Positions 23,327 through 36,957 of a DNA stretch of 64,000 nt are shown here, in pieces. The notes beneath the pieces were generated by a model. That model had not been told where the DNA came from and did not search any database. It worked only from the letters and a program-made list of their open reading frames with translations. The translations under genes and the position numbers were made by a program. This DNA comes from Vicugna vicugna. Its lineage: Eukaryota. The stretch is from the NCBI GenBank assembly GCA_013265495.1, contig MU058153.1:1490001-1554000 (forward strand), in the 5' to 3' direction. Each line of letters begins with the position of its first letter. Position 1 is the first letter of the stretch.

Positions 23327-23459
23327 GGGGGAGGGTGTGGCTCAGTGGTAGGGTGCATGCTTAGCATGCACAAGGTCCTGGGTTCAATCCCCAGTACCTC
23401 CATTAAAAAATAAATGAATAAACCTAATTACCTCCCCCACCTCCAAAACAAACAAAAAA
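23327..23459 (+). mobile_element. tRNA-Ala-derived SINE (Vic-1 type)
   Basis: GGGGGAGGGTGTGGCTCAGTGGTAGGGTGCATGCTTAGCATGCACAAGGTCCTGGGTTCAATCCCCAGTACCTCC plus tail; perfect 11-bp TSD CTCAGTGTTTA (23316-23326 / 23460-23470). Confidence 0.95.
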
Positions 23460-24439
23460 CTCAGTGTTTAATGTTGTTCTTTCTAAAGAGCCCCTCGGTC
23501 ATTTCCATTCATGGGGCTTCACTTTCCTTCTTGATGCTAAGAGCCAGTTTAACTTAGCTACACACCCATCATCAGTTCTTCCTGTGCTTATCTTCCAAAT
23601 CAGGACCCTGTTGAGTGGACCACAGACCCAAACCAGAACTGTCCAGGGCAAGTGGGATGTCATGACATCAAAAGGGCACAAACATAGCTAAGCACCCAGC
23701 TGAGCATCTGATTTTTGCTTCTGACCCTCCTTGCTTGCTACCAAAGTGCTCTAACTATGACTCAGTTCCTGTCTCACTCTGAAGTCTAAGCTCCGTCTTC
23801 TGTTAATGGGCTGTATTATTGCCTTTTTCGGAACTCCCCAGCACTCAGCTCTTGGCCCCTGTCAAGGCCATTGGCTTGCCCTGCTGATATCCCAAATTCC
23901 ATTCACCTTTAGAGTGATATCCAACCTCAAGCACACCTACAAGGTCTGACATCTAGCCCCAGACTACGGATGGAAGAGTAGAGGAGGGTGAGGACTGAGA
24001 AGGAACCCAAAGTAAAGTTCAGGCTTTGCTGAGAGCTGAGATTCCCATTTTCAAAATGCAAGCACTCCAAGCAGCATGTTTCTTTTTTCTCTCTTTATCT
24101 CCCAACCTTTCAATAAGAAAAAAATAAAAAGCTGCCCAGAGTTTCTGATTGGTTTTATAATTAGATCATTATCCTAGCTTGATCACATTGTAGAAGTCAC
24201 TTTCCAGGCCATCAACTACAATGTGGAACTGAAGGTCTTAAAGGAACACACCTGAACAGTGGTGTGCCTGTCAGTAATCCAGATTCCACTCTTACCCTCC
24301 TCGGGGGCAGGGGGTGTGAGGTGACATTATTACAGGAAGATCATGCCGATCCGCAGACTCAGCTGTTGGGAACATTTCTGGGACTATGAGAAAAGCAAAA
24401 CAAAACAAAACCTTGAATGTCCTTTTTCCCTCCCCGCAA

Positions 24440-24585
24440 ACAGGGACTCCACAGTAATTTCATTATTGATAATTACAAAGGAAAAAGCACTCAAATGCAA
24501 AAATTAATGTCCGATTTGCCTTTTAATGGCCTGAAGCAGTTCTGATGGCTACTGCAATCCAATGAAATGACGATTTTAAAAGAGA
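24440..24585. promoter_or_regulatory. Candidate CNE-like homeodomain-motif block
   Basis: Repeat-free AT-rich block with clustered TAATT/ATTA, ATTGAT, ATGCAAA and TTAATGG motifs. Confidence 0.25.
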
Positions 24586-24749
24586 AAAAAAAAAAAAACT
24601 CCTTGATTAAATTCTTTGTGCCCTTAGCTCAGTATGTGCATCCTTGAGTTTCCCAGATCATTACCAAATCTGCGGAGTGCATTTTAAAAACAAAATAATA
24701 TTTTAATATGTCTTTTCTTTTAGTTATAAAACTAGCCATCTTATTAATA

Positions 24750-24986
24750 GGAAGTAGTATGTCATGGTTAAAAGCTCAGGTTCTAAAAGCAGACCACGTG
24801 GGTTTCCATAGCCTCTGTGCTATATTACCTTTGCAAGGGTCCTAACTCTGTGTCTCATTTTTGCCATCTGTAAAATGGGAATAATAATAGTACCTGCATT
24901 GTAACATTGTTGCGAGGCTTAAATGAGTTAATACATGTAAAATTCTTAGAGCACTACATGGTTGGTGTTCAGTAAATGTTAGCTAC
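24750..24986 (+). mobile_element. Near full-length MIR SINE
   Basis: ATGGTTAAAAGCTCAGG..CATCTGTAAAATGGGAATAATAATAGTACCT..AAATGAGTTAATACATGTAAA..TAAATGTTAGCTA. Confidence 0.85.
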
Positions 24987-27809
24987 AAATAACATTGAGA
25001 AAACTTGGAAAAATACAGAGCCAGAGCAAAACACATGCATGAACAACAACAACAAAAACACCAAAAAACAATCACGTATCCACCCCAAGCTGAGCGCACT
25101 TAATATTTGGGATGTGTTCATTTTGGCTACTGTGTGTTTGTGTTTACATGTGTGTATCATACTATAAACATGGCTGTGTATCTTTTCCTTTGTAACTAAA
25201 CACTTGTCATTGGATATTTTGCATACAATTATCATTATTTTCATCTTTCTGAGGCTGCGTAAAATTCTAAAATAAGAGCTTCGAAAAAATGGTTGATTCG
25301 GTGGCATTCAATAGGTATAATTATTAAAAGTAAGGCAGTAAGCCTGAAGTTGAGAGGATAAAGAGAGGCAGAAATTCAGTAGAGTTGTTCTTTTTTTTTT
25401 TTTTTTCCAATCTTACATGTACCCTGAAGAACCCAGAGGTGATTTTTTTTCTTCTCTTTTGGATCTTTTGTTTCCAGTGGTGCTGAGGCCAGGGTGGTAA
25501 GTGAGATTTGTACCTGAGAATTTAGGCCAGGATGGACGGGGCAGTGGGCAGAAAGAGGGACCTACTCCAGGAAGATAGACGCTCTAATATCCATCTCATG
25601 GTAGAATTATGAGGATTACATTTAAATAAGACTGGCATGGGCTGTGCTTAGCATAATAAGTGTTTCAGAAATTATAATTAGCATTGTTATTATTAATAAT
25701 CCTTATTTCTTGCTCTAGAGAGTATATTTTAAGCACCTCTCCAATTAGCAGGCAGAAACAAATGCAAACATTTGGGTTTGCTCCACTGTGACTCAGTTAG
25801 CCCTCCTAATGAGAGAGAGAGGATGACAAGAAGTGGAGTTTCCTCACATGAATGGAAAATTTCAATCACTTGTATTTTTTGTCCATGATTAGAGATATGG
25901 AAGAGGAAAGAATCAGCCACGGGAGGCCATCCAAAGGGGCAGGCGGAATCCCAGCCCCGGGGTGGGCTGTGGTTGGGTACCAGCTCTGGGACACCTGTGA
26001 CTGACGGGGCAAAGCTCCGCTTCCCTTCTTGCTCTTTCTCATTATTCATTTACGTGCCTGTGTGGCTTTCTCATCTTACTCCCTATTAAGCTCTCTCTCC
26101 TCATGGTTGGCTAAGAATGGACCAGAAGTGGATTTACTAACTGTTCAATTACCCACATTGTCTTGCTCTGCTGCTATCAAACGAAGCTGAACTTGCCCAG
26201 CTCTGAGGCAGCGTGGAGTGAGATAACAAGTCCTATTTCCCTTGGCTGTCCGTGACATCCAAGTCTGTCGTCTGCATGGAAAGGTCGCCACAAAGCAAAT
26301 TGCCTGCGTTGGACGTGAGCCCCACAGTGACCTGATTTTTACGTGTTTGTAAGCTAACCCTATCAACATGAGGAATAGAAGTGAGTCCGAGAAAGCCTAA
26401 ATCAGAGAATTATTTGCAGTGTGCCTTATCTCCAAGTGAAGGAAGGGAACGGAGGAAAAAAATCAGAAGGACTACTTTTTTCTTTCCCCTGTTTCTCTCC
26501 CCCTACGTCTTCTTTCTCTCAACAGATATTATATGCAGTGTCATGTCTTACATCGGGGGAAGGAAAGGAGGGAGGGACGAGGGACCTTATTCCTATACTG
26601 TCCTGGAGAGAAACAGGTAGTGAGATGGCAATGAGCTGTCTTCGTTTGAGACAGAGAGTGTATTTTTCAGGCTTAATGTGATTACAGAGAATCTTACAAA
26701 TTACTCCAAAGATGTCATTTTCCAGATTGATATAGTCAGTGCTACTGTCCCAGGATGTGCAGACGTATAACCTCATGGTCAAATATGTTCGGCACGTGCG
26801 ATGTGCTGTGTAGGCCCATCGTGGTAATATTCATTCAAGCACATTAATATCCCTGAGAAAGACATCATGCAGTTAAAGAAATAGGCTGAGCTTCTTTACT
26901 TACACAGCAAAGCTTATTTACCGTGGGCTTGTCCCTTGCTGCCTCTCCCCTCCCCACCTAACCTCTTCCATTTCTCCCTCCTTCCCTCCCTCCCTTCCTT
27001 CCAAGCAAACCTATTTCTCTGTTGTACGTATGAACCAGCAAATTAGGGACCCTTGCTCTAGGCCTCCTTGCTGTTTCCCATTATCCGTCATCCATCCCTG
27101 GCCCTGGCCTATTTCTTTGTTATTTAACTTGTGTTCTGCTTCCTTATATATGCCTTCCCTTCCTGAAGATATCCTGTTAGATGTATCATGGAAGACAGAG
27201 GTGTGAATCAGACGGGGAGATGCCAGCGAGGAGCGTAGAGTCTAAGGAGACAAGATAAGACATGTACAACTGCGAAAAAATTCAAGGCAGGAAAGGAGAA
27301 ATCTCATTGGAGAATTGTAGATAAAAGGCCACGGGCATTCAGCAAAAGGAGATACATACCTCTTGCCTTTTCTCTATCAGTGAAGACTAAGAAATTACCA
27401 AGGAACATTTTATATATATACAAATATATAAAATTATATTTCACACTTGTGGGCAAGGTTGGAATTATGAAAGGACTCATGTGACTTGTTCTGAATAAAT
27501 GGAGTGTTGTGTGAGGTGACTGCTGGACCAGAAGTGAGTTCCCTTTGAACAGCAGGAGAGCCATGCCCTTTCCCTCCCTCTCTGCTGGCCTCTCTCCCTC
27601 CCTCCCTCCGTCCACCTTTCTGACTCTTCTCAACTTGGGGCTGTTCTAACACTTCATTGCTTTTTCTCTCTCTTTCCTTTTCTGTCTTCATTCTTTTTAT
27701 CCTGTTCCCTTTCACACGCACTGTGTGTGAAATCTATCATCTCCCTATGATAAATTTACCGTCTTTATTTACTCTTCAAAAGAACACTGTGTGAGGAAGC
27801 TACTCTAAT

Positions 27810-27834
27810 TGTGTGTGTGTGTGTGTGTGTGTGT
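27810..27834 (+). repeat. (TG)12 microsatellite
   Basis: Direct reading. Confidence 0.95.
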
Positions 27835-28127
27835 CTTAAGGAGGGAAGCTAGGGGGAGGTCAGTGATGTGCTCAAGTCTACACGAGGAGTAGGGGCAGAA
27901 GCGGATCTCAGATGGAAGTCTGACTGAAGCACAAACCTCAGGTAGCATCCTTGGACTTCCGGTGCTGCGGGGTGGGGGGGTCACGGTCAGAGGCAACATG
28001 CTGCCCATCTCTGACCTAACTCCACTCTTCAGCTGCTGATGCTGTCAAATTAAAAACTGTGGGGATTTTATGAAAAATGCAAAGGATGTCATTTCCACTA
28101 AAAGGTGTGCACTTCTTTCATGCTCCC

Positions 28128-28131
<4 letters not shown>

Positions 28132-28162
<31 letters not shown>
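28132..28162 (+). repeat. (AC)~15 microsatellite
   Basis: Direct reading. Confidence 0.95.
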
Positions 28163-28166
<4 letters not shown>

Positions 28167-29454
28167 ACACGACGCTTCAGTCATGAATTTCAGTGAAAGA
28201 AACCACTACTTGCTAGTTAGCAGTGATGCAGTAACATACACAAAAGGAGGAACTGCTCTTAGTAAGAGTCGAGGAAAGAGGAAATCCTCAGGGGGATGAG
28301 ATGAAATTGGGGGCCGGCTGTATTCCAAAGGGAGAGCATCCCCAGAAATGTGCTCTTTTATGTATCCCCTTAATTCTATTGATTTGGTTCATGACACAGA
28401 GAATAGACTTCTGGTGATGCCGCCAGAATCCCTCCCATCCAACATTTGCTCCCTGTTACTATAGGGTCTTAAGAGGGAAAGGATGGGGTGGGAGGAGATT
28501 ATGAAAAGATGCATTTCTGCCTCTAAACTAAAGGTGGAAATTGTTGAGCCAGTCATCATGTTAAGTTATTCATTGTCACATTTTTAATCAAACTGAAAAC
28601 GTTTCTTTCAATTTTCCCATATGTGCATATGTGACTAGGTTGGTACTAAAATCCATGATTTTTAGTTTTGTAAAAAAAGTCTTTAAGAACCAATACCTTG
28701 GCTGGTTTGCTAATTACATTATTTGGACCATAAATAAAAAGTCAGGTTTTAATAATCAAGTTTTAGACATCACACTCACTTTTACATTAATCACTGTTTA
28801 ATAGCTTTTAATCAGGTATTAGGTAATTGGAAACGGCCTGGTATAATTATCTATTTAATGAGTTACAGTTCATTTTCGAGGTGTCATGCTTGGGGAAAAT
28901 ATGTCAAATAGCAGTTGCCTGAGAGACTGTGATACATCTGTCTGTCTACTTATCTACCTATCATCTATCTATTATGCTTTTATTGACACACACACACCAA
29001 GACAGAGATTTTCAACATTGTTCCTAGACAGATGTGCCCAGAAAGATCAAAGTAGACTCTCCCATTCTGTTCCTGTCTCTAATTGTAATATCTTGAACTT
29101 CAGATTCTGAAGCTTCAGGTTCTGGTTTTACCTGGTGATACCATGCAGCCCTGTCTTCTCTCCGCTGCTCGCGCCCTGTGTTCATTCAATGACCATGTAA
29201 CTGACATCTCCAGGGCACATACTGGGTGCACAGACCTGGGTCTTTGTGCCTGTTGCCCTGCCCCGTAAGGTCCTCTGCAGTGTTCCTTAAGAACACTCTC
29301 CAGGTTGTGTTCCAGGGAGAAGCAGACAAAATCAGCAGGTGCTTATAGCACAGTGTGTTCAGTTGCAAGCAAGGCAGGTCATATAGTATATGTTATTCAA
29401 GAGCAATTTCAAGCGTAGAAGGAGAGACTCAAGGTAGGGCGTCAAGTTGTCTTT

Positions 29455-29772
29455 TATTTTATTTTTAGCTTTTTTAAACACCTTTATTGTGGTGTGATTC
29501 CTGTATGGTAAACTACACATATTTCAGACGTACAATTTGATGAACTTCGATAGATGTGTACACACATGAAACCACCACCACAATCAAGTAGCTAACATTT
29601 CCATCACTCCCCGAGAAGTGCAAATTTCAGATTCCTGATTTATCCCTTCCCTCCCATTTTAACCCCTGGCAACCATAGGTGTGTTCTCTATGTCTGTGAG
29701 TCTGTTTCTGTTTTGTAGATAAGTTCATTTGTGACTTTTTTTTTCGATTTCACATATAATTGATATCATCTG
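29455..29772 (-). mobile_element. Composite L1 3'UTR: old L1MA/MB-type 3' end joined to a younger cetartiodactyl L1 segment
   Basis: 29455-29617 has TACAATTTGATGAAC..CATGAAACCACCACCACAATCAAG..CATTTCCATCACTCC (L1MA/MB type). 29620-29772 has TCTATGTCTGTGAGTCTGTTTCTGTTTTGTAGATAAGTTCATTTG, the same family as 20846. Confidence 0.75.
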
Positions 29773-29774
29773 AT

Positions 29775-30400
29775 TAAAATGCAATCTAATCGTGTCATTC
29801 CCCTTCTTGAATAGCATGCATGGCTCCCTTTAACTCTCTGTCAATCATTGATTTATTCATTCATCTATTTAAAAAGGTTTGTCCATAGCCACCCCGTGCC
29901 AGACCCTGTGCTGGGTGCTGGGCATGAAGCCATGAGTGAAATGCATGGTCTCTGGCCTCAGTGAGCTTCCATTCTAGCAGGGAAGACAATGCCAAAGCAT
30001 TCTGGTTCCATCACCGTTTAATAGCACCCCGCGTAATGTCTTCATTCTCCACATGGAGTCTTACTACTCCACGTGACATTCCCCAAACAGCCCAAACCTA
30101 CTCTTTCAAAACCCTTACCGGAAGCACTCTTGCCTCACTCCCATCCTCCCTTTCCACCAGGGAACATGATGTTGGTTATCATGTCATCTCATTCTCCCTT
30201 AAACTCCCCTGGCAAGGCACCTATCCTGCCGACACAGCTCTTGTATCTTACTGATGGGAGCAGTCAATGTGAGGGTCTCTGTTCGTACACTGGGAGCTTC
30301 TGAAGGGCAAAGCTTCATGATTCAGCACTTTATAGCCCCAGTATCTAGCTCAGGGCCTGGCTCAGAGTAGCTGAACTCATGCGTATAGTGGGGAAGGGAT
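29775..30400. mobile_element. L2 fragments (both orientations)
   Basis: ATTTATTCATTCATC..GTGCCAGACCCTGTGCTGGGTGCTGGG (minus) lies within plus-strand L2 ending CCCCAGTATCTAGCTCAGGGCCTGGCTCAGAGTAG. Confidence 0.6.
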
Positions 30401-32071
30401 GAGGTGCTTAGGGAGTTCAAAATAAATTAAATGACTAAGGAATGTGTTGGGGAAACAAGAAAGAAGCGCATAGAACAATTAGAGAGCAGAAGACAGTATG
30501 TAATCAAGTGCTGAAATGCTGCAAACTGTGGATCTATAGGGAGGGGACCTTGTGTTCTGGGAGCTTTCAGGGAGGCAGTGGTGCTTTGGGATTGGCTAGA
30601 TTCCTGAAGCTCGTTGAAGTCAAGCCTTTGCATTGAGCAAGTCTGTAGCAGCACTAAGGGGTCCGGGGCTGGGTATCCAGACGGTGAGAAAATGCCATCA
30701 CTTGGTAGAGGAAGAGGTTGGTGTCCAGTTCGAGGCTGCTTGGATAAGGCGCCTCCAGCATCCCCTGCAATGTGATGCTCTGACGTTCTGTCGCTTCCCT
30801 CTCTGCCTGTCAGCCTGGGTTTGGAGCGTGCTGTGTTTGGGTAGAAGAACCCAGCTGTGACTCGGACTGAGTGGAGGGTTTCCCAGGGATAAACAGGACA
30901 AGAGCTCTGGTTTTCCCCTGTTCACTGGGAAACCTGGATATTAAGTTGAGATAGCGAAGCAACCATTTCCTTTTACCAATTCTGCTGTGACTTTGGAAAT
31001 TATTTAGACTGTCTAGACGACTTTCTACATTTTCCTTTCATGGTAAACTTAGTCCCTGGGATCAGGTCTTTTGCTTTGTGGATAAGCAGCAGCATGTGAG
31101 TTTAACACAGTCCAATATATTATGCAGCCACTGCTCTGTGGTGTTAGTGCTCAAGGTGCGTGGGAGGTCATGCTTTGAAAGCTGATAAACTAAGATTATG
31201 TCACCTGTATATAGTCGAGACTAGATACATGCACGCCATCTCTCCTCATTCTGCCATGTTGTTAGTCTTTCCAGCTCATTTTTCGCATAATTCTGCAGCA
31301 AGTTAAAATGAAAGAAAAGGAGATTTGAAGTTGAGAATTGTAGATTTAATACCGCGCCTACCACAGAGTAGCTCTGTGAGTTTAATGAAAGCATCTGACC
31401 TCAGTTCCTTCTACTCTGAAATGGAAATATTACTTAGAACTATTTGACCTGTCCCCTGGGAGAATCAAGTAAGCTAATGAGTGGGAAAATACTTTATAAA
31501 ATGTAATGCAATAAAAAATCCATCGGGTATTGTAATGACTCTTGCACTTTTTCCTTCATCTCTGTGAACAGTACTGTTAATATGGTCAAATACTAGACTG
31601 CAATTGTGGTTATAGCATAGGAAGAAAATTTTAAAAATGCACGTGGGACTTTTCCTATGGCTGCTTCATAAAAATGGTTTTGTGCAGAAAAAATTAAAAA
31701 TATCGCACGCGCACGCACACACATGCACATATGCACATGGTTGCTTGCAACGGTACATCCTTCAGATTTATCATGAATTATAGATGTCCTTAGCCTTCTA
31801 GCAGACTCGGCTGACAATTTTAAGAAGGAATTTGTCTTGTTTCTAGAGGACTCTAAAATTAATTTATTTTGGAATCAAACAACACCCTGGGGATAAGGCT
31901 TCTACATGTTAAAGTCACTCTTACTCATTTTTATTGAAATCAATAAAAGTATTCAGTTTTATTTAAATCAACAAATCCTAGGTTAGTAGTCAAAGTCAAC
32001 AGAAGAAAAACAGGTTAACATTATGCTCCCACAGTATTTCATTCATGGGTGAGCTAAAGAATGGATTTTAG

Positions 32072-32248
32072 ATAAACAACAAAGTTCTACCATACAGCAC
32101 AGGGAACTGTATTCAATATCTTGCAATAACCTAAAATGAAAAAGAATATGAAAATGAATATATGCATATATGTGGGTGACTGAAACATTATGCTGTACAC
32201 CAGAAATTGATACAACATTGTAAACCAAGTATACTTCAATTTAAAAAA
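32072..32248 (+). mobile_element. 5'-truncated L1 3' end
   Basis: ATAAACAACAAAG..ACAGCACAGGGAACTGTATTCAATATCTTG..TATACTTCAATTTAAAAAAA; TSD AATGGATTTTAG / AATGAATTTTAG. Confidence 0.9.
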
Positions 32249-32329
32249 AAATGAATTTTAGGTTTATATACTTTCTATCCTACAAGACATCAATCTTGTC
32301 AGTGCGTTCTGTGACCAGAGAACTGTTAA

Positions 32330-32580
32330 AATAATAAAATCAGCATTTATTGCATTTTACTGAGTGTCACCCAGTGTACTAACACCTTGCAAACTTCATC
32401 CTGTTAACTTCCCCATCACCACGCTAGGGTAGGTACTGTTCCTCATTTTGTGGGGCTGAGGAAAAAGTGAGGCTTGGGAAAGAAAGCAACTTGTACAAGG
32501 TCACGTAGTCTCTAAGTGAAGGAGCCTAAACCTGAGTAGGGTCCTCTGACTCCGGGACCAATGCTTCTAACTCCCTTACC
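32330..32580 (-). mobile_element. MIR SINE
   Basis: AATAATAAAATCAGCATTTATTG..GGTAGGTACTGTTCCTCATTTT..AACTTGTACAAGGTCAC..CTCTGACTCC. Confidence 0.75.
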
Positions 32581-33044
32581 TTGCTGCCTTCCAAAGGAAA
32601 GAGAGGTAACATACTCCACCAGTGTCAGTATCCACTAATACTTTGGATTAGAAATACCTATGGTCAACTTTCCCATTATCAACAGTGGACCCAAACCATG
32701 GCCCATGTGTGGAGCAGGTGGCAGACAGTATTTTCTGTTTTTGCCACATTTTCCTTGCAAAGAATCCTTTGCGTTTCTCTTCTTCTTATGGAACGTCACT
32801 GATGTTCTATAAGTATAAGCATCTTGGCAGTAAGTAAGGTCCACTGAGGTTTTGGCTCAGAATCATCTAAAGAATTTAATAGAGGAGGTCACATGATTCA
32901 CTGAACTCCTGATAAAGACTGGGCTTAAGGATGCTTAGAGTAGTAAAAAGCAAACACAACCACTAGCAATGATTAGAGGTGTTCTTGTTTATTGTCCTTA
33001 AAGCTTGATCTGTGTTTCCCTCAATTCCACCTTTCATTCATTCA

Positions 33045-33270
33045 TTTTATTTTTTTTTAATTGAAGTAAAGTTGGTTTACAACATTGTGTTTCTGGTATA
33101 CAGCATAGTGATTCAGTTATACATACATAATATATATTCTTTTACATTATAGGTTATTACAAGCTATTGAATATAGTTCCCTGTGCCCTACAGTAGGACC
33201 TTGTTATTTATCTATTTTGTATATGGTAGTTCACCTCTGCTAATCCTGAACTCTTGGGATTATCCCTCCC
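33045..33270 (-). mobile_element. 5'-truncated L1 3' end inserted in an L2 tail
   Basis: TTTTAATTGAAGTAAAGTTGGTTTACAAC..TATTGAATATAGTTCCCTGTGC..TTATCCCTCCC; flanked by TTCATTCATTCA and TAAGCACC..GTGCCAGGCACT (L2, to ~33460). Confidence 0.9.
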
Positions 33271-33461
33271 TAATTTATTGCCTATATATTAAGCACCAAC
33301 TCCGTGCCAGGCACTCTCCTGGAACCAAAGGATACAACAGATAACCAGATGTGTAAGATTCCTGCCCTCCGTGGGGTTTACATCCTACTGTTGAAAATAC
33401 TCAATAACAGCAAATGAATAAATGATTGCAACTGTGACGAGTGCTACAAAGGCCAACATAG

Positions 33462-33815
33462 TGTGTTAGTTTCCAGGATCTATCAGAGGGGGTGGCTTAA
33501 AGCAATGGAAAGTTATTGTCCCGAAGTTCTGTGGGCTAGAAGTCTGAAGTCAAGGGATGGGCAGGGCCACGCTCTCTCTGATCACTCCAGGGAAGAGTGC
33601 TTCCTGGCCTCCTCCAGCCTCGGTGTTTCCTGGTTTGTAGGTGCACCAGTTCAGTCTCCTTGTGTGTCTTCACAAAGTCTTCCCTCCGGGAGTGTCTGTC
33701 TCCATCCAAACTTCCCTCTTCCACAAGGATACCGGTCGTTTCAGATTAGGTCCCACTCTAATGACCTCTCTTTAAATTGATTTACCGCGGAAAAGATTCT
33801 ATTTCCAAGCAAGGT
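33462..33815 (-). mobile_element. MLT1 (MaLR) LTR
   Basis: TGTGTTAGTTTCC..GTGGCTTAAAGCAATGGAAAGTTATTGTC..GGCTAGAAGTCTGAAGTCAAGG..ATTTCCAAGCAAGG. Confidence 0.85.
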
Positions 33816-36409
33816 TTCCTCTTAGTTTCCTTTCCTTATTTCTGGGAAGTCATTCCCGTACTCTTAAAGGTCCCATTCTTTAATGTCAAGAGGACATAAA
33901 AAAAATCAACAACACGTGAAAATAACTACCACTAGTCGGTGCTTATCATGTGTCAAGCACAGTGTAAACCATTTTAATGCATTGCCTCCTTTAATTAGTG
34001 AGTCTAGCAGAAAAAACAGCCCCCTATCCATGAGTCTCTAGATGATTCTAGTCACCACTGGAATTTTATTGATAAGCTCTTGACTGCTTCTCTAAGTTCT
34101 AATATCTGAATCTTTTAAAGACAAGTTTAAGGCTGAGCTTCTCACTGACTTTATTTCAGGGTTTTTTATTTATTTATAATAAATATTTATTCCATTACTT
34201 CTGCATTAAGTAAATGACATCAGCATGAAGAAAGAACGAAGGGCTGGACAATTAGTTTCTGATCAGGTTTGATCGTTAATTACTAAACTCTGCCAAACAA
34301 TATAAAAATTAATTCTTAATTCTAGAAAACCTTTTTCAGAAGCTTTTTTTTTAAAATGGCTTTTACAAATAGTCTGTTCTTTTTAGTATAAGGTATTGTA
34401 GATATCTTCATTGAAAAGCCTTTTCCAAAATAAGCTTTGGGAGAGCAAATATGAATGTAACAGTCCGGATAAAAGGAGCCTTGACTCACTTTCTCAGGAT
34501 ATATTCTGTGCCTCTCACACCTCAGAAAAAAAGAGTTCATTAACATGCAAGAGGTTCTGAGAAGTCCTGCAAGAAAGGAATCCACTTTACTTTAACACAA
34601 ATGATCCCCCCAAAGTTTGTAATCACAGACATTCTCTTTAGATTATACTTCTTCCTTTGTGAACAAAAACACTCTCATTGTGGTTGGGAAGATAAAGTGA
34701 GCCTGAAATTTCCAGAGGCACAAGCATAAATTCTCAGGTAAACTCCCACCTTGTGGTCAGTTAGAATGCGTCTCTGTTGCATGCCTTGGATTTCTAATTT
34801 CTTAACCACAAAACATCCTTACCATAGACTTTGGATTTTTCTTAGCATCTTTGGAAGCTTGGAGACATTAGCATACCTTTTGTTGCACCTCAGAGATATT
34901 TCTGGCATGTTCTCCCTTCTCTTATCTCCCTTTTCACCCATCCTCTTTTCCTTTTCTTCTCTAGTTATTTCTACTTTTTCTTGTCTCTTAATGTAGCTGC
35001 ACAGGGAGGTCCTATGCCCCTTTAGTTCCCTGTGCAATGAGTAGCTTACTTTCACTGAAGATATAATTTTGAGGCCTTGATTTAAAATAGGCACTGCAGA
35101 TGTCTCCTCTAAGTGAGCCCTTGAAAGCATCTCCTTGGGTGCACGAGGATCTTTGCTTTTGTATTTACACCGGGACAGAGTTAGCATCCAAATTAATGTG
35201 CAGCTATGACTGCACTGGAACAAAGCAGGGATTGTGTGATGACTCATTGGGTAAACTGTTTCTACTTCCTTTCAACAAGTCATGTGTGTGTATTGGGTCA
35301 CAGGAGGATAGACAGAAATATTCATAAGCAGAAGCCCACTCTCACGTACCACCCGTTACAGGTAGCGTTTTAGTGCTATTGACACTCACGGTCGGAAGGG
35401 GCCTCGTTCAACAGAACCTCACTGGCAGACATCTCTGGGACCACTAGATGGATTCTATTATTGTACAGCCAGGCTAGCATCACCAGCTTATCCTCAACAC
35501 AAAAGAAATTAAATGCATCTCATAACTAAAGTCTAGCATTAGCTTGTGTCTCCAAAGGGAAGGACAATTAGAAAGTCCCCAAATTCACATCTTAATAATA
35601 CAGCAGTAATCAATGCTAGTCAAGGGTTCTAGACAAAATGACCTGGTTTTGTATATAATTAGTGCCTACAAGGAAATGGTGTGACGTGTGAATTTTACCA
35701 GTGATGTTGCGTTTATGTCTTTTTTTGTTAAGTGGGAGACCAGACTTGATCAAGAGTTATAGGGTGAGATTCATAGTAGGTAATAGGTTGTAACTCTTTA
35801 CAACAGAAAGATAAACTTGTTGCAACTGACAAGCATGTGTTTTTTTTTTTCCCCCAGTGGTAAACCTACACATTGAGCAGGCTTTAGCAAATCAAAGTAT
35901 CACACTGCAAATACGGACATATATATGTGTACTATGTAGGTACACAGACTTTTATAAATCTAAAGTACAAAAAGAGCACACCTCAATGGTAAACATTTGC
36001 TAAGTAAGTGGATAAATTTATTTCAGACGATCTTCATACCTTAGGGCTGACTGTCCCCCCTTCTCAAGTACTTACACATTAAAACTTTATCTTGTATAAA
36101 CATTGATCCCCTAGGCAGAGTTTTAAAATAACGTATATGTGTATTAACATTTTTTATCCTCTCCTGTGCTGGAATTTCTCTCTTATATCATAATATTGAA
36201 ACTGTTTCTATGGAAAGAACTGTTCACCAAGTGATTGGCAAATGAGCTAGTTAACAGGATACATGAATTCTTTTGGGAATCTAGGGCCCTAATATTACTA
36301 TGTCCCCCCCAAAAATAACTCTCAATATTGTATGGTTTCAGGACCTTATACTTACATATGTAAATGCATATAAATGAATGTAAGTCCAAGGGCGTGCATA
36401 CTGTTTAGT

Positions 36410-36860
36410 TTTTATAGCGATTTTGAATGACAGCACTGCAAGGCAACGTTATTTTGTGAAAGTCAAGGGTTAGAATTGCTCACGCAAAAATGAAAGGGAC
36501 AAAACTGTAGTAAATCTGAGGCCCAGGGTGACCACAGGCTACGCCCTTATGTGAGGTAATGTGAAGGTGGTGGCTTTTAATTAAAATGGAACCGCTGTGT
36601 CACTGCAGCACTGATTTGATTTTGCCTGCCTGCCCTGCTCAGAAATTATAGATTTAAAAGATGTAATTAACAGAAAATTAAAGATTCTCCTTCATTCTTA
36701 GTTTTGTATAAAGGATCCCTGCTCCTTTCGGCTCCCAGCTCCTACTCCTCAGCTGGTGTGGAGCCTTTTAAGTTGCGTTTTCACACCACATGAGTCAAGG
36801 GCATTAATTAGCAAAGCCTGGCTGTGATCATTAACTCTGATATGAGGTTTCTGTTCCCCA
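36410..36860. promoter_or_regulatory. Candidate CNE-like enhancer
   Basis: Repeat-free block with TGACAG (TALE), TTAATTAA, TGATTTGAT (Pbx-like), GTAATTAAC, ATGAGTCA (AP-1) and ATTAATTAG. Confidence 0.3.
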
Positions 36861-36957
36861 TCTGACCCTTCACAGAACAGGAGCATATGATGGACTGGAA
36901 GGCAGGGAGCCTTTTTGTCCTCTGTGCTTCCAGCTTTAATAAGCTTCGAAAGGGGCA

